This document shows positions 43,825-45,571 of a DNA stretch of 45,571 nucleotides, in pieces. Numbering within the stretch: position 1 is the first letter of the stretch; every line of letters starts with the position of its first letter. The DNA is from Patescibacteria group bacterium (GTDB lineage: Bacteria > Patescibacteriota > Patescibacteriia > Patescibacteriales > UBA12465): NCBI GenBank assembly GCA_049294415.1, contig JBAQCS010000037.1, positions 1 through 45,571 on the forward strand, in the 5' to 3' direction. A program made the translations under genes and the position numbers. The notes under the pieces were generated by a model. That model did no database searches and was not told the DNA's origin. It saw only the letters and a list, made by a program, of their open reading frames with translations.

Positions 43825-44433
43825 ATGAGTAAGAATACTGAATTTATTGATCAAATTGCCCCTGTTCAACTCGAAATTTTTTTGGGCAGAATTATGCATC
43901 AACTAGGAGAGAGCGATCCCGTTAAAGTCGTTCACATGGTTAATGCTGGTGTAGTTTATTTATCTAATATTAAACAGGGCTGGATAACAAATGATGATGT
44001 AATTACTTTTCCCGTTATTTCTGACAAGACTAGCGGACCTCAGTGGTTAAAACGCTTAAAGAATAAAGGCATTTATGTAGATGATATTGCTAAGGAAATG
44101 CTTCTGTCTAAGGCGTTTAAACCAACCGACGAAATAGCAACCATAGTGGTTATTTTCAGGGTTCCTTATGCTATGTTTGGGGATAATGCTAGTCCTTTGC
44201 CAATTGCTGAAGCTAAGGGTTTAATTGAAGCAGTTAATGGCATGGAATTAGCCTGCTTGATTCGCGATAAGTTTACTAATAAGCAACTCTCTTTGATGGG
44301 TTGTTCGCAGTTAGTAATTAGTGTTGGTGAGTATTATTTTTATGTCACCGGCGGTGAAAATAAACTGGCTGGTTTAGGAGCCTTTAAAAAGAGACTGGAC
44401 TCTGATTTCTCTTACGTCTTTCAGGAAAAATAA
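43825..44433 (+). CDS. hypothetical soluble protein (paralog pair, member B)
   Basis: See 43088..43684. Confidence 0.65.
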   Translation: MSKNTEFIDQIAPVQLEIFLGRIMHQLGESDPVKVVHMVNAGVVYLSNIKQGWITNDDVITFPVISDKTSGPQWLKRLKNKGIYVDDIAKEMLLSKAFKPTDEIATIVVIFRVPYAMFGDNASPLPIAEAKGLIEAVNGMELACLIRDKFTNKQLSLMGCSQLVISVGEYYFYVTGGENKLAGLGAFKKRLDSDFSYVFQEK

Positions 44434-44460
44434 GGAGGTAAATATTATTCGTTTATAAGT

Positions 44461-44491
44461 AGAGGGGGTCAAAAATGACCCTCTTTTTTTG
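44461..44491 (+). terminator. rho-independent terminator
   Basis: AGAGGGGGTCA-AAAA-TGACCCTCT, then TTTTTTT. Confidence 0.7.
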
Positions 44492-44505
44492 TTGGCAGGC
44501 CCCTC

Positions 44506-44533
44506 TTGCCAAAATCGTAATTTCCTGTATAAT
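44506..44533 (+). promoter_or_regulatory. promoter upstream of rpsA
   Basis: TTGCCA (44506-44511), 16 nt, TATAAT (44528-44533). Confidence 0.55.
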
Positions 44534-44595
44534 TAAATCAATTAAATAAACGCCTTTAAGAAAAACCTTTAGCAATAAGAATAATTAATATTCCT

Positions 44596-44644
44596 AGGCG
44601 GCTGAAGGACTCTCTTGCAAGAGGGGGTTAAGACCGCTTTTTTT
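44596..44644 (+). terminator. terminator-like compound hairpin inside the rpsA leader
   Basis: Outer GCGG (44598-44601) pairs with CCGC (44634-44637). Inner perfect palindrome CTCTTGCAAGAG (44612-44623). Followed by TTTTTTT. Confidence 0.45.
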
Positions 44645-44676
44645 ATTATCAAATCTAGAAAGTAGTCTGTAAAAAT

Positions 44677-45571
44677 ATGGAAAACGATTTTTCAAAATTG
44701 TTCGAAAAAGATGACACTCGTATCCCACAAGTTGGCGATATCGTAAAAGGTACTGTTATTACTGCTTCAAAATCCGAAGTTAAATTGGATGTTGATGGTA
44801 TTATGATGGGTATTGTACGTGGTCCAGAATTATATTCTGAGGTAGCTGAATTTGCTAACCTAAAGCCAGGTGACGAAATCGAAGCGGCTGTTATTGATGA
44901 AGAAAATGAAAATGGTGAATTGGAATTATCATTCCGCACTGTTGGTCAAGAAAAAGCTTGGAATCACTTACGTGCAGCCTTTAAAGATAAGAGCACTATT
45001 GCTGTTAAAATTATTGATGCTAACAAAGGTGGATTACTGGCTCGTTATTGCCAAATCAATGGTTTCTTACCAGTTTCACAATTAGCTCCTGAAAATTACC
45101 CACGTATTAGTGGTGGTGATAAGAGCAAAATTTTAGAGAAATTAAAGAGTTTTGTTGGTCAAGAATTTGAAGTTAATGTTATGACTTTAAATGAAGAAGA
45201 AAACAAAATTATCTTCTCTGAAAAAGATGTTTGGAACAAAAAACAAAAACCTACTCTTGATAAATATAAAGTAGCTATGGTAGTAGAAGGTAGAATTACT
45301 GCTATTACTAACTTCGGTGTTTTCGTTAATTTTGACGATGGCATGGAAGGTTTGATTCACATTTCAGAACTAGCTTGGCAGAGAATTGATTCTCCAAGTG
45401 AACTTTATAAGGTTGGTGATAAAATCAAAGCTGAAATCGTTAGCATTGATGGCGCTAAGATCTTCTTAAGTGCTAAGAAATTATTACAAGACCCTTGGTT
45501 AGAAGCTAGTGCTAAATACAAGGTTGGACAAGTTGTATCAGGCACAATTTTAAAGGTTAACCCATTTGGTT
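44677..45571 (+). CDS. rpsA: 30S ribosomal protein S1 (5' part; runs off the window end)
   Basis: Not in the ORF track because there is no stop in the window. The ATG at 44677 is open to the end. Repeated S1 domains (GDIVKGTVI..., GRITAITNFGVFVNFDDGMEGLIHISELAW, GQVVSGTILKVNPFG). Confidence 0.9.
   Translation, partial: MENDFSKLFEKDDTRIPQVGDIVKGTVITASKSEVKLDVDGIMMGIVRGPELYSEVAEFANLKPGDEIEAAVIDEENENGELELSFRTVGQEKAWNHLRAAFKDKSTIAVKIIDANKGGLLARYCQINGFLPVSQLAPENYPRISGGDKSKILEKLKSFVGQEFEVNVMTLNEEENKIIFSEKDVWNKKQKPTLDKYKVAMVVEGRITAITNFGVFVNFDDGMEGLIHISELAWQRIDSPSELYKVGDKIKAEIVSIDGAKIFLSAKKLLQDPWLEASAKYKVGQVVSGTILKVNPFG

Noticed and set aside
1-45571. CRISPR array or alternative genetic code (UGA recoding)
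   Set aside because: The only repeats are duplicated promoter/leader/terminator cassettes and short motifs, not regularly spaced repeat-spacer units. TGA terminates well-supported ORFs (451..885 and 31565..32146), so there is no sign of code 4 or 25.

Overview
An AT-rich bacterial chromosome segment with tightly packed genes. Almost no gene start has a Shine-Dalgarno sequence, TTGACA-17-TATAAT promoters are clear, and there are many tandem sets of lineage-specific small or membrane-protein paralogs. This style suggests a reduced-genome CPR/Patescibacteria-like organism, but that is inference only. TGA acts as a stop codon, so the code is standard. Housekeeping genes are an Elp3-like 3' fragment, glyA, folD, recQ, a CsoR-family repressor with trxA, an RluA-family synthase, a MOP flippase, nusA, a K+-independent-type H+-PPase, tig, smpB, infC-rpmI-rplT-secG, a family-5 SBP, RNase J, a CBS-less IMPDH/GMP reductase and the rpsA 5' part. 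RNA genes are ssrA (tmRNA), tRNA-Leu(UAA) and tRNA-Gly(GCC). The main accessory feature is a ~7.6 kb, AT-richer, single-strand island (20140-27705) directly downstream of smpB-ssrA-tRNA-Leu-tRNA-Gly. It has no integrase and contains three modules. (A) A UvrD-like SF1 helicase start-stop coupled to a 145-aa PD-(D/E)xK-like protein. (B) A DpnII-type GATC restriction-modification cassette (Dam-like MTase, DpnA-like MTase, DpnII-family endonuclease) with an extra unknown 184-aa gene wedged before the endonuclease. (C) A coiled-coil membrane protein coupled to an orphan DGQHR (DndB/ParB-like) protein. Modules A and C match no defence system I recognise and are the best candidates for an undescribed system. 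Other items worth a look:
- a 2-Cys (CstR-like) CsoR-family repressor with a GC palindrome operator in front of a CMPC thioredoxin;
- a wHTH-nucleotidyltransferase (MNT-type) gene with a perfect 20-bp palindromic operator and no HEPN partner;
- a redox-flavoured operon (4-Cys HiPIP-like mini-protein missed by the ORF track, HD protein, hemerythrin);
- several duplicated promoter/UTR/terminator cassettes around paralog families;
- an identical 12-mer upstream of three unrelated genes;
- a GC-rich structured element at 15949-16036.
No CRISPR array, transposase, integrase or rRNA was seen.
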